A DNA stretch of 64,000 bases, from NCBI RefSeq assembly GCF_963921235.1, contig NC_086109.1, forward strand, positions 16,990,001-17,054,000, in the 5' to 3' direction. The notes under the pieces are model-generated. The model was given only the letters and a program-made list of their open reading frames with translations. It was not told the DNA's origin and made no database searches. Source of the DNA: Mobula hypostoma (Eukaryota). Both the position numbers and the translations under genes were made by a program. This document shows, one piece after another, positions 1 through 12,800 of the stretch; the first letter of the stretch is position 1; each line of letters opens with the position of its first letter.

Positions 1-199
1 AGTGTCATTTAATGTACATACAATACAATCAGTCAATGCATATAACTTGTCCATTGTGTTTTATAGGATTGCTTTTATGTTTATATTTATTGAGTTTTTA
101 TTTTGTTTTTTATTATTATGTTTTTATGCTACATTAGATCCAGAACAACAATCATATTGTACCCCTGAATGACAATAAGCAATCCTGAATCTTCAATCT

Positions 200-880
200 G
201 CAATATCGCCATATAGTACACTAAGATTCTTGTGGCAATTACAAGAAAGTGAAGAAATACAATAGAATCAATGAAAGACTATACATAAGCAAAGACTGAC
301 AAACAACCAATGTGCAAAAGAAGGCAAATTGTGCCAATAAGTAATCCTAAGAACATGAGTTGTAGAGTCCTTGAAAGTGAGTCTGTAGGTTGTGGAATCA
401 GTTCAGAGTTGAGGTGAGTGAAGTTATCCACACTGGTTGAAAGGTAATAAATGTTCCTGAACCTGGAGGTGTGCGACCTAAGGCTCCTCCTGTCTCTCCT
501 GCTTGTTGGCAGTAGCGAAAAGAGAGCATGACTTAGAAGGTGTGGGTCCCTGATGATGGATGTTGTGTTCCTGTGACAGTGCTCCGTGTAGCGCTCGGTA
601 ATGAGGAGGGCTTGCTGTAATGGACTGGACTGTGTTCACCATTTCGGTAGACCCTTCCATTCTTGAGCATTGGTGCTTCCATTCCAGGTCATGATGCAAC
701 CAGTCAGGGTACTCTCCACTGTGTATCTATAGAAGTTTGTCAGCGTTTCGGATAATGTGTCAAATCTGCACAAACTTCTAATAGAGGTGCTGCCACATTT
801 CCACCATGATGGCACCTACCTGCTGGTTCCAGCACAGATCATCCAATAGGAATACACCAACAAATTGAAAGTTACTGACC
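200..880 (-). mobile_element. Decayed 3' fragment of a Rex1/Babar-like LINE
   Basis: Minus-strand translation around 478-730 resembles the C-terminus of the better-preserved copies at 13362-14372 and 43470-47351 (ES.LTGCI..W...VNT.QSIT). Boundaries approximate. Confidence 0.5.
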
Positions 881-1067
881 TTTATTTTCTACTAAATCTT
901 TGCACCTACTCTATATTCTGCTGAGATACATGTCACTTTCTCTGCATGAGGGACTCCACAGCTTCTCTGCAGTCTGCTCAGAAACTCAATGCGTCTTCTC
1001 AACAACTCTTCACCTCTACGTCCTTCAGCAGTCCCTTCATACCAAAGATAACAAACATGAGACACCC

Positions 1068-1162
1068 ATCCTGATGAAAAGTCTCGGCCTGAAACATCAA
1101 CTGTTTACTCTTTTCCATAGATGCTGCCTGGCCTGCTGAGTTCCTCCAGCGTTTGGTGTGTG
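1068..1162 (+). mobile_element. Penelope-like terminal-repeat fragment with decayed hammerhead motif
   Basis: cctgatgaaaagtctcggcctgaaacatcaactgt...ccatagatgctgcctggcctgctgagttcctccagc matches the terminal segment of the Penelope elements at 41599-42970 and 56549-58085. Confidence 0.7.
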
Positions 1163-1844
1163 AGACTGAGGATGAGATACATGCACTGCCTCTCAGTGGG
1201 TAGTGAGAATGCTGAGAATTCCTTTGTGGACTCCTCAAACCCTGCCCACAGGCGAGGCACGTGGTGCTTAATGAAATGAGTGGGCCGGTCATTTAGGATG
1301 AAGCAGAAAATGCTCACGGGGCTGAGGTGACATCTGTGGAAAGGGAATCAGAGTTAATGTTTCTGATCAATGAACCTTTGTCAAAACTCAGTCAGGCCTT
1401 GAGCTAAAATGTTTACTGTCAAAGAACCTAGTGATGGCTGACAATGAGTCTGTAGCGCTTTCTCTGGCTAGGATCATAGCCTACATATCACTATGTACCA
1501 GATCAAAATGGAAACACGGTAGTGCAGAGTGCTTGAGATGGCACTAGCCAAAGGTGAGAGGTGCTCCCTCTTCCACAGGATAAGTCCACTCCCATGCCAT
1601 TAGCTTTAGGAACATTCCCACAATGCTTAGCAGAACAACACTGGACACCAGCAATGAAACAACAGCAACAAAACCAGCCCCATTCCTCACTCACACACAC
1701 ACAAACATTCCTCCAACCCTAAACAGGTCTCCACCGGGCCTCTGGCCTCCAGTGGACTTGCCGATTCACAGACACTGGGCTTTCCACTTCCCCAGTAGAT
1801 AAGCAGGCATTTGCCACTGAGGTGGGGGCGGGGGAGACTTAATC

Positions 1845-2110
1845 TAGAGGTCATAGGTTAAGGGTGAATGGTGAAATATATGAGGGGAACCTAAGGGGTA
1901 TCTTCTTCACTCAGAGGGTGGTGTGACCATGGAACGAGCTGCCAGCAGAAGTGGTGGATGCGGGTTCGATGTCAATATCGAAGAGCAGTTTGGATAAGTA
2001 CATGGAAGGCTATGGTCCAGGTGTGAGTCAATGGGACCTGACAGAATAACAGTTCAGCACAGACTAGATGGGCCAAAGGACCTGTTTCTGCACTGTAGAG
2101 CACTATATGA
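1845..2110 (+). mobile_element. CR1 LINE 3' fragment
   Basis: Encodes the CR1 ORF2 C-terminal motif (RGH..K......RG.FFTQRVV..WNELP.EVV) followed by the 3' UTR gatgggccaaaggacctgtttctgcactgta. Confidence 0.75.
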
Positions 2111-4605
2111 CATAGCTTACTCTGAAAACTCCCAAAGTAATTGGTTAATGAAATACTTTAAGGATCAATGAATGATTTCCCATAGAGATCTGGGGTTGTT
2201 TTCCAATAGCCCTAGTTAGATTAGCCTCAATCCGAACACAATAGCTGCCCTGCTGAAACAATAAGATTATCGGATTGACAGAGAGAATTGAAGAGGCTTT
2301 CTTAAACTATTTCCCTTTACAGCTATCAACTGCTTTGTAATTTATTTTGGAGATGGTTACAGCCCAGCGGCCCACAGCATGGAATAATTTATTCAGCAAA
2401 CACGCTGCGAAGGCATTAGGCAAAGCACTTAGGCGCATTGGACCTTTCATTAGACACCATAAATGTGTCTTAAGAGAAACTTCAGCTGAGGTTGACCTAC
2501 AGGGAGGGCTTCAAACCTTCTCAGTCTCCACTTCCCCTGCCTACCCTGCCCCCAAGCTAAACAAACAAATGTGTTTCGTTAAATAAGCCCGACAGTTGTC
2601 CATTTCAGTCAGTCAGTGACACCCTTCAAGTGACAAGAGGGAAAGAGCAAAAAGGGCCATTTGAAGAGATCTCATTTATTTTGCCATTGCAAATTTCAAC
2701 ACACAAGTCTTACAACAGTGTAAGATTCTTATCCTTCAACACTTATCCAACCTTCAAAGTCCATGACGATGCTACTGATGTTGTCCTCCTGTGACCAACT
2801 CAAGGTAAGGCCAGTAAGTAGGGGAAACTTGTAATTTGAAAGCACCCATCGCCACCCCACGGTGCCTCAAAGTTCTAAGCAGCAAGCCAAACACAAAAGG
2901 GTACAGCAGATGATTTGGCCCATTGGCTCATATTGTCTGTGCCGAACGCGTAAGCTAAATCTCTGAAGTGAAACGGTTTGAAAAATGTTATGCTGTTATA
3001 TGGGAAATGTGTAGCCAACATGCACGCAGCAAGCTCCAGAAAATGGCAATGAAGTAACAACTAGATATTCTAAGTGAGTTGCTGTGTGCATGTGTCTTTT
3101 TAATGTGTGATGATCGATAACTCAGTATTACCACTGACATATGTCATGAAATTTGTTCTATTATGGCTGCAGTGTAGTGTAATACATAAACATTTGATAT
3201 AAGCTACAATAAGAAATATTTTAAAAATAAGTGATCAGTGCAAAAAGACAGCAAAGTATCTTCCCACCTCCTTTGCAGTGCTGATGAAAAGTCTCAGCAT
3301 GAAAAGTCGACTGTTTATTCATTTCCATAGATGCTGCCTGGCCTGCTGAGTTCCTCCAGCATTTTCTGCTTGGTTGCTGGGCAAGACAGTGAGGTCATAA
3401 ATATGAGAGATTCTGCAGATGCTGGAAACCCAAAGCCATGCACACAAAATGCTGGAGGATCTCAACAGGTCAGGCAGCATCTATGGAAATTAAAATAGTC
3501 TGATAGTATTCATTGTTTCATGTTTGTTCAGAAGTCTGATGGTGAAGGGGAAGAAACGGTTCCTAAAATGGTGAATATGTGGCTTCAGGCTCCTGTAACT
3601 CATCCATGATGGTCATAATGAGAAGCGGGCATGTCCTGGATGGCGGGAGTCCCGATGGCTAGGACATGTATTTTGCATCCGCCTGTGATGGCAGGCTTGG
3701 TTCAACAGTTCTTCAGCAAGATTCCTTCTTAAGCACATCAGCTGTGCAGGACCGGAGAGTCAGCTTGGACCGCCCGTTTAAATCCCGGCAGAGGGGCTCG
3801 ACACCCACCACCCAAGACGGAAGTACCACCCAGACGACAGAGCGACGGCAGATTGTCAGGCGCGTTTCAGCAGCGGCTGTCCCGGCCTGTGATGTAAGGC
3901 TGTCGGTTCAAGCCTGCACCAGGCACAGTAACTGAATGTAATCAAGACAGATCATCCCAGAGCCCGCATTGAGTGAGTGCTGCATTGTCAGAGACGCTGA
4001 CCCTTGCCTGTGGCATTTTATGGATTTGTATTACATAGATCATAGACTATAAAACATTACAGCAGAGTACAATCTCTTTGGCCCATGATATTGTGCTGAC
4101 CTTTTAACCTATTCTAAGATCAATCTCACCATCCCCTCCTACATAGCCGTCCATTTTTCTATCATCCATTGGCCTATCTAAGAATTTCTTAAATGCTCCT
4201 AATATATGTAATTCTACCATCATCCCTGACAGGGCATTCAATTCAGCAGAAGTTTTATTTCACCACCGACTAAACACTGAGACCAAGATGAGAAGAGTTG
4301 CCTGTTGAAGACTCGGTTTGTTATCATTCACTGCTGCGTCTCGCTCGAGGTATTAAGTCAATGCGAAGCTGCTGCTCAGAATCCAATGGGCCATTCAGAG
4401 GAGCAAGTGCACCGGGGCAATGGTGATGGCCCTCCTTGCAGCAAGTAAAGTGAAGATTTAGAAGTGAAGGGTTACCGTGGAATGGATGCAGAGCTGCAGT
4501 CCTCAGTAGATAGAGGGTCAGCAGTGAGGCACAAGATAAAGTCATGAGCAAAGAAACCAGCCGGGGCCGTGGGAATAGATTTAAATCCCTTGTAAGCTGT
4601 TATAA

Positions 4606-4899
4606 GGTGTGGCATGTGGCCAAGTGGTTAGGGCGTTGGACTCACGATCTGAAGGTCGTGGGTTCGAGTCTCGGCCAAAGCGGCATGTTGTGTCTTTGAG
4701 CAAGGCACTTAACCACACACTGCTCCAGTCCACCCAGCTGAAAATGGGTACTGGCAAATGCTGGGGGTTAACCTCGTGATAGACTGGCGTCCTATCCCGG
4801 GGGGAAGTCCCGTACTCTCAGTCACTTCACACCACGGAAACCAGCATAAGCACCAGCCTGATGGGCCACAAGGCTCGGGACAGACTTTGACTTTGACTG
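4606..4899 (+). mobile_element. tRNA-derived SINE with CORE-like central domain
   Basis: A box tggccaagtgg, B box ggttcgagtct, then gtgtctttgagcaaggcacttaacc...ccagtccacccagctgaaaatgggtac and a (gacttt)n tail. Exact 12-bp TSD aagctgttataa at 4594-4605 and 4900-4911. Confidence 0.85.
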
Positions 4900-7800
4900 A
4901 AGCTGTTATAAAGCTATTTTAGAGGATGGGAGATGGTAGAAGATAGTACAAAGTTAATCTAATGCCTTCTTGGGCGTATATGATGAATAAACTCTTCTCG
5001 GGCTTCCAGCCAATCACTGACATTTCGATGATAGACTCTGCCATCTTCATCAGGGATGGAAGCTCAAGAAGAGTTTGTTCACAGTACAGAGTTGTTAATG
5101 CAAACAATGAATTTCACTGCGTGCTTTGATGTACAAGTGACAAACTTGAACCTTGAAGTTCAAAGGGCAATAGATTTAGAGCAACACAATGGCAGATCAT
5201 TCAGTGCTGCTAGAAATAACTTGCTGGAAGATCTCAGTGGGTCAGGGTTAGGAAGCAACTTCCATGGGTGGAAGAAAGACTTGTTGATATTTCAGATCAA
5301 AACCCAGGTGCAGAGTTTCCACCCAAAATATCAACGTGTACTTTCACCCCAGAGAATCCAGTATTAGTACTGGCATTGCATTGTCATTGGCACATGTACC
5401 AAGATGCAGTGAAAAGCTTATCTTGCATATCTAGACAGGTCAGATCATTGCACAGATAAATAAAAACAAAACATTGCAGAATAAGGATCAGCACCAAATA
5501 TTTATTAGGAATTTGCTGAGGTGCAACACACAATAGAATTAACAATTAAATTCAACAATTATAAATAACTAAATTAGATAACTTCAAGTTAGATATGGCC
5601 CTTGTGGCTACAGGGGTCAAGGGGTATGGAGGGAAGGCTGAGTTCTGAGTTGGATGATCAGCCATGATCATAATAAATGGCGGTGCAGGCTCGAAGGGCC
5701 GAATGGCCTACTCCTGCACCTATTTTCTATGTTTCTATGTTTCTAAATAAAAATAAAGTTAGAGGTTAAAATACAGAAATGGAATAAAATGTGGATAAAT
5801 ACATAAATACTAGCTTATATTTACAACGTAAGTACGTTATAAGAAGTGGTTTAAAGTGTTTACAGTTCAGTGCAGTGACTGAGGTAATAGATGGGGGTGG
5901 GGGTTATCTAGAAGTAATAAAGTGTAAAAGCTGCTGAAAAAGTGCAGTGCAAGTAAACTATGAAGATCATAACAAGGTAGATTGTGAGGCCAAGAGCCCA
6001 TTTTATCATACAGGAGCTCCATTGAGTGTGATAACAGTGGGGTAGAAGCAGTCCTTGAGCCTGGTGGTACATGATTTCAGGTTTTTGTATCTTCTGCCTG
6101 ATGGGAGAGGAGAGAAAAGAGAATATCTGGGGTGGCTGGGGTCTTTGATTTAAGCTGGATGCTTTGCTGAGGCAGCAAGAAAGTATTGACAGAGTCCATA
6201 GAGAGGAGACTGGTTTCTGTGATGTGCTGAGCTGACTTATTTTCCCATTCTCCTGCCTCCTCCCCGTAACCTTTGACACCCGACTCACCAAGAACCTACC
6301 AACTTCCGCTTTAAATAGACCCAATGACTTGACCTCCACAGCCATCTGTTACAATGAATTCCACAGACTCAACAACCTCTGACTAAAGAAATTCCTCCTC
6401 ATCTCTGTCCTTAGGCAGGAAAATAGGACCAGAGAGACTTTAATCAAAATTAATGAAAGGTAAAATTGAAACAGATTATCGGAAGAACTTTCTTGCTATG
6501 TATAGAGGTGATAAATGTCTGAGGTGATCTGGTAAACAGGATGGCAGTAACAACATCACAAACTTGTTTATTTAGGATTTGCTTTAGTGTGAGCTCAGGG
6601 AGATAAATGATTCTAAGAGCCCATCTCAGGCGATAGCTCATCTAAATCCAGCTTCCTCATCTCAAAGCAGTGTGCTAGGGCTTTTTCTTTTTCTCTCTAA
6701 ATTGGCAATCCTGCCCTCAGGATTTAGTGAAGGAAAACAGATTTAAAGTAATTGGCAAAAGAGCCTGAGCTTGGCAAAGAACCGTGCGTTTCATTGACAC
6801 AGCAAAGTCAAGAGCTGAACTCACTGCAGAAAAGGATGATGAAGGAAGGTTCAGTAATTATTCTCAAATACAACTTGTGAATAAATGTTTAAAGCTAAGT
6901 TGGGGATAGGAATGCAAAAACATGAGTGGTTAATGTTAGTTCATCGGGACCCTGAAGCCTGCTCCATTATACATCAAAATTATGGCTCATCTCCCAGAAC
7001 CCCACTACTTTCCTCCAATATCCCTTGATTCCATTAATATCCAGAAAGCTGTCAGTATCTGTTGTGGTTAAATTTAAGGTCAAATTTCAAAGTTAATGAC
7101 TATGATACCATAGACCTTCAGGGTAGGGAATTCCAAAGACTCAACACCATTAATGTTTCTCATGTTCATTCGCAAATGGTCTACCCCTGGTGACCATGAA
7201 TGTAGCCTCGTCAGTCAGGGGAAACATCCTCTTTGTATCCTGGAAAATCGTTGTATGTTTCAGTGCAATGCTACTCATCCTTCAGAATTCACAAGTTGTA
7301 AACTCAGCCAGCTTCAGCAGGGGCACTAGCCTCTTCAGTATCGAGAACATCTTCAGGTGGGTGATGCACCCCATCCACCACAAAGGGCCCTCACCATCCA
7401 GGACATACCCTCTTCTCATTGCTACCATCAGGGAGGAGGTATGGGACTCTGAAGACGCACACTCAATGCTTTAGGAACAGCTTCACTTCATCCCCTCCAC
7501 CATCAGATATCTGAGTGGTCCATGCACCCATGAACACTATCCCACCATTTTGCTTGGTTTTTGCATAATTATTTTATATATGTGTTTTTGTAACATGGTA
7601 ATTTTTATGTATCACTCTGTACTGCGGCTGCAGAACAGAGAATTTCATGACATACACCAGGGATAATAAATCTGATTCTGATTCTGAAGAATTCAATATC
7701 CAGCCTCCTCAATCTCTCTACATATGACAAAGCCGACATTCAGGAACAGTGAATCTTCACTGGAATCCCTCTTTCCAAGAATATCTGTGTGCAGAATTCC

Positions 7801-8570
7801 TAGTGTGATCTCTGTACAATATATATGCAATAATATATGCTTCATTCTTCATTCGAATCTTAAAATAGAGGCCAACATACCCATTGTCTTCCGAATTTTA
7901 ATTCCAGAGGGCATGCATTTAAGGTGAGAGGGGATGTACTTAAAGATCGGGCCGCATCCGTGGAAATAATCAGTCAACGTTTCAGGCCGGAACCCCCACG
8001 GATGCTGCCCAACCTGCTGACTTCCTCCAGCGTGTTGTGAGTGTTGCTTTGACCCCAGCATCTGCAGAGCATTTTATGCATTTAAAGATGTCAGGAGCAA
8101 GTCTTTTACACGGGGTGGTAATGGAGGAAAATACCGCGGAGACATGTAAAAGACTCCTAGTTCAGCACATAAATGGAAAGAATGGAGGACGTCCAGAATA
8201 ATGGGTATCGTGACAGCAACAAGCATTAGTTCAGTTAGGCATTTAATTACTGGTTTAATTAGATAAAACACAACAAAGGGCCCCGTCCTGTTTTATGTTC
8301 TGAAGTTTTCAGGCGGTCCTATACCACACACCATGAAGTGGTGGCAGTGCCCATGTGGCTGCCAAATCTGCCATAGTTACTCCTTTAGCTGACAATGGGA
8401 ATCCTGTTCTCCCGAATGATCTCAGCAAAGCCTTCTGACAGAGCCACACTGGCTCTAGGGCCTGATGGTTGAAGGGTATTATCTGTTTTTGGGTCTCACA
8501 CCACCAGGTTCAGAAACAGTTATTACCTACAAATATTAGCTTCCTGAACCAGCATGGATAACTTAACTTA

Positions 8571-10165
8571 GGGTGCTACTAGAAAGTTTGTGAACCCTGT
8601 AGAATTTTCTCTATCTCTGCATAAATATAACCTAAAATGTGATCAGAACATCACTTAAGTCCAAAAACTAGATAAAGAGAACCCAATTAAATAAATAGCA
8701 CAAAAAAAATTATACTTGTTCATTTATTTATTCAGAAAAATGATCCAATATTACATGTATTTGTTGGAATTTTGCTTTCTGTAACTGGTGTGACCCCCTT
8801 GCACAGCAGTAACTTCAACCAAACATTTCTGGTAACTGTTGATCAATCCTGCACAGCGCTTTGGAGGAATTTTAGGCTATTCCTCCTTACAAAACTACTT
8901 CAACTCTGGGTTGTTGGTGGGCTGCCTTGCATGAACTGCTTACTTCAGGTCCTTCCACAGCATTTCTCTAGGATGAAGTTCAGGACTTTGACTCGGCCAT
9001 TCCAAAACATGAATTTACTTCTTTTTAAACCATTGTGTTGTTGATTTACTCTCATGTTTCTTATCATTGTCTTGTTGCATTATTTAACTTCTATTAAGCT
9101 CTACACGATGGACAGCTACCCAGACATTTTCCTGTAAAATGTCTTGATACAATTTTGAATTCATTGTTCCCTCAACGATTGCAAGCTGTCCAGGCCCTGA
9201 GGCAGCAAATCAGCCCCAAACCATGATACTCCTTCCACCATGCTTCACAGTTGGGGTGAGGTTTGTGTGGGTGTGCAGTGCCCTTTTACCTCCAAACATA
9301 GGAATGTGCATTTCTGCCAAAATGTTGCAACTTTTGTCTCATTTGTCCACAGAACATTGTCCCAGAAACATGGTAGAAAATCCAGGTGGTCTTTTGAAAA
9401 AACTTGAGATGTGCAGCAATGTTTTCTTTGGAGAGTTGTGGTTTCTCCATGATGTCATTCCATGAACACCATTCTTCTTCAGTGTTTTTCTTATAGTGGA
9501 AGCATGAACAGAGATTTTAGCAAGTTCTAGAGTTTTCTGTAGGTCTTTTCTGTACACTTTAGGTTCTTTTTCACCTCCTTCAGCATTGCACATTGTGCTG
9601 TTGGTGTGATATTTAAAGGATTCCCACTCCTAGGGAGAGTAGCAACAGTACTGAGTTTCCTCCATTTGTAGACAATTTCTCTCACTGTGGACTAATGATC
9701 ACTCAGGTCTTTAGAAATGCTTTTGTAGCCTTTTCCAGCTTCTTGCATCTCGACCATTTTTCGAAGATCCTTTGAAAGTTGTTTCGATCGAGGCATAGTG
9801 CACATAAACAGGTCTTTCTTGAGAAGAGCAGGTTCTGTCAGTAACCTGACTTTGTGTGTCTTTTTTATAGGCAGGGCACCTCTACAACCCACCCCTCCAA
9901 TCTCATCTCATTGATTGGAACACCTGATTCCAAATAGCTTTTGTAGAAGCTCATATAGAGATTCACATACTTTTTCCACAAACACATGTAATATTGGATC
10001 ATTTTTCTCGAATAAATGAACAAGTATGTCTTTTGTGTTATTTATTTAATTGGGTTCTCTTTATCTAGTTTTAGGACTTTAATGAAGTTATGATCACATT
10101 CTACATCATATGTAAGCAGAAATAAAAAATATTCTACAGGGTTCACAAAATTTCTAGCATCACTG
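8571..10165 (-). mobile_element. Full-length decayed Tc1-family DNA transposon with ~200-bp terminal inverted repeats (TIRs)
   Basis: 8571-8770 (tagaaagtttgtgaaccctgtagaat...gatccaatattacatgt) is the reverse complement of ~9970-10165 (acatgtaatattggatc...ttctacagggttcacaaaatttctagcatcactg); transposase remnants lie between. Confidence 0.9.
8780..9796 (-). pseudogene. Tc1 transposase, disrupted by stops and frameshifts
   Basis: Starts MPRSKQLSKDLRKMVEMQEAGKGYKSISKDL; later ...VHASTIRKTLKKNGVHG... and ...VKHGGRSIMVWG..., typical Tc1 paired-like DNA-binding and DDE segments. Confidence 0.85.
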
Positions 10166-10562
10166 GAGCGTAGAAGGTTGAAGAGGGACTTGATAGAGGT
10201 ATTTAAAATTATGAGGGGGAAAGATAGAGTTAACATGGATAGGCTTTTTCCATTGAGAGTGGGGGAGATTCAAACAAGAGGACATGAGTTGAGAGTTAAA
10301 GGGCAAAAGTTTAGGGGTAAAAAGAGGGGAAACTTCTTTATTCAGAGTGGAAGCTGTGTGGAACGAGCTTCCAGCAGAAGTGGTAGAGCCAGGTTCGATG
10401 TTGTTGTTTAAAGTTAAATTGGATAGATATATGGACAGGAGAGGAATGGAGGGTTATGGGCTGAGTGCAGGTCGGTAGGACTAGGTGAGAGTAAGAGTTC
10501 GGCACGGACTAGAAGAGCCAAGATGGCCTGTTTCCATGCTGTAATTGTTATATGGTTATATG
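10166..10562 (+). mobile_element. CR1 LINE 3' fragment abutting the Tc1 end
   Basis: ORF 10178-10411 DLIEVFKIMRGKDRVNMDRLFP...TRGHELRVKG...RGNFF; (tatggtta)-type tail. Confidence 0.85.
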
Positions 10563-12406
10563 GAAACCAAAAGGTTTCGGCCCAAAACGTCGACTGTACT
10601 TTTTTTCATAGATGCTGCCTGGCCTGCTGAGATCCTCCAGCATTTTGTGTGTGTTGCTCGGATTTCCAGGATCTGCAAATCTTCTCTTGTTCACAAGCTA
10701 TGGACTCTCTTTCAAGGACTCTACAACTCGTATTCTGATAAATGATTCATTTGTTTGTTTGCTTGTTTGACTATTTATTTCTATTTGCACACTTTGTCTT
10801 CTTCTGTGCATTGGTTGTTTGGCAGTCTTTGTGTGTGGTTTTTCATTGATTCTATTGTACTTCTTTGTTTTTACTGTGAATGCCTAAAAGGAAATGAATC
10901 TCAGGGGGATATACGGTATGTACTTTGATAATAAATTTACTTGGAACTTTTAACATTAAGAAAAGGGGTACGTATTGATACATTGCCTCCCTATGATTCA
11001 GCATCTCAACATCTTCCTAAGGATTTTATGGCCAGTTAAGTGCCTTTGAAACCTAGATAATAATTGTCATAAAGAAAATAGAGTAGTCAATGTGAACAAT
11101 GATTAGATTACCTGCTTTTGGAGATATTGGCTTCGGGATAAATATTTGTCAGGGTACAAGGAGGTCTCCCCAAAGTTCCATGATGATGCTCGGGAATCTT
11201 GTACATCTACCAGGAGTGCCTCTGCCTAGCTCCTCGTCTGCAGGCTGACACCTCTGATGGTGCCACGCCGGGGCACACAGCCTGGGTTATTGTGCTCAGC
11301 TCTCTGCAGTGGGACCTGGATCCACAGCGTTGTGCACGTGCAGCCCGCTGAGACGCAGCTGACAACCCATGACCTAAGGGACCTGCGGGCTGTGTTTGCA
11401 TATGGAGTTATCTGTCTGTAAAGCACAGAGACATCTGAAAGAAGCTAATTGATTTGATTAAGAGGAAAGGCACCGTGTGCTGCGTCGACTGCTGTCTGAG
11501 ACTAACAAGATTTGGCTATTTCTGCCCTGCATTACAGTAATAGGGTTTGGGCTAATATATAGCCCTCACAAGCTAAATTGTTTGTCCAGGCCCCAGCTAC
11601 ACAGCAAGTTAATGTCTCCAGCAGCTGAGTTTAAATGACATTAAGAGTGGCTCTTGCACTGTGCGTGTCAGCAGGGCAGGGAGAGGGTTGTTCAAGACAT
11701 CTTAGGCAATCTTTGTTGAAAACCAGCTAGTTCCTTGAAAGTCTGTCTCCCAGGGTATTTTTGTCTCATGCTTATGGTACTAGGCTGTTAATGCCTGGAT
11801 TGATGACAAGTTAGTAAAAGTTAACTGGGAGCAAATGGAAACAGGGTCTCTCTGCATGTCAAATGAGCTATACGGAGAATTTCTAACAGTGTCTGATAAC
11901 AACACAAGCAAAATGCTGGAGGAACTCAGCAGATCAGGCAACATCGATGGAAAGTAACAGACAGTCGACGTTTCAGCTGGGGGTAGGAGGCAGAAGCCGG
12001 AATAAGAAGGTGGGGGAGGAGGGAAGGGAGTACAAGTTGTCAGGTTTGATGTTCATGCCATCAGGCTGGAGGCTACCCAGACAGATGTAACTGGTGGAAA
12101 TAACTTGGGAAATGTGCTGCTTGGGTGGCTGATGCTTGGGTTGAGTTGTTCTCCATACAAGGAGACGTCATCACTGCACTGTTCACTATCTGCTGACTGT
12201 ATTTTCTCAGTATGTCCGGGCATAGATTAATACTCGCACAGGATTTGGCAGGGGATAGGTGAGACCAGGTGAGGGGTAAGAAGGGTTGGCAGGGAAGAGG
12301 GGGGTGGGGTTGGCGAGCAAAGCTAGAAGGTGATAGATGGAAGAGGTAAAGTGCTGAAGAAGAAGGAACCTGATTGGAGAGGAGAGTGGACGATGGGAGG
12401 AAGAGA

Positions 12407-12488
12407 AGGAGAAGAGAGAGATAATAGGTGAGGAGAAGAGAGAGATAATAGGTGAGGAGAAGAGAGAGATAATAGGTGAGGAGAAGAG
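12407..12488. repeat. 24-bp tandem repeat x3 (gagaagagagagataataggtgag) within a Penelope purine-rich segment
   Basis: ataata recurs at 12421, 12445 and 12469. Confidence 0.9.
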
Positions 12489-12624
12489 ATAAGAGGGGAG
12501 CTGGAGTGGGGAATGGAGAAAGAGAGGAGCGGGAGGGGAGATACTACCAGAAGATAGAGAAATCGATGTTCATGCCATCAGACAGATATAGTATCTGGTA
12601 ACTATATTTTCACAGTATGTCCAG

Positions 12625-12800
12625 GCAGAGATTAATACTTGCACAGGACCAGATTGTGCATCAATATTTGAAAAGGGTCTCAGGATGTGTATTAATATTT
12701 ACACAGGCTCTCAGGGTTTAGATTAATATGTGCAATGTCTCCAATGGCAGATTAATATTTATAGAGGGTCTCCTCACATTTGTTAATATTTATAGAGTGC
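12625..12800. repeat. Degenerate ~30-bp minisatellite, about 6 units
   Basis: Core (a)ttaatattt(g/a)ca..g recurs near 12632, 12661, 12692, 12723, 12752 and 12783. Confidence 0.6.

Noticed and set aside
4606..4680. tRNA gene (also 23147-23220)
   Set aside because: A and B boxes are present but there is no clean acceptor stem or T-run terminator, and the sequence continues into a SINE body with tail and TSD.
12407..12800. CRISPR-like array
   Set aside because: Head-to-tail tandem units without unique spacers, in a vertebrate context with no cas genes.
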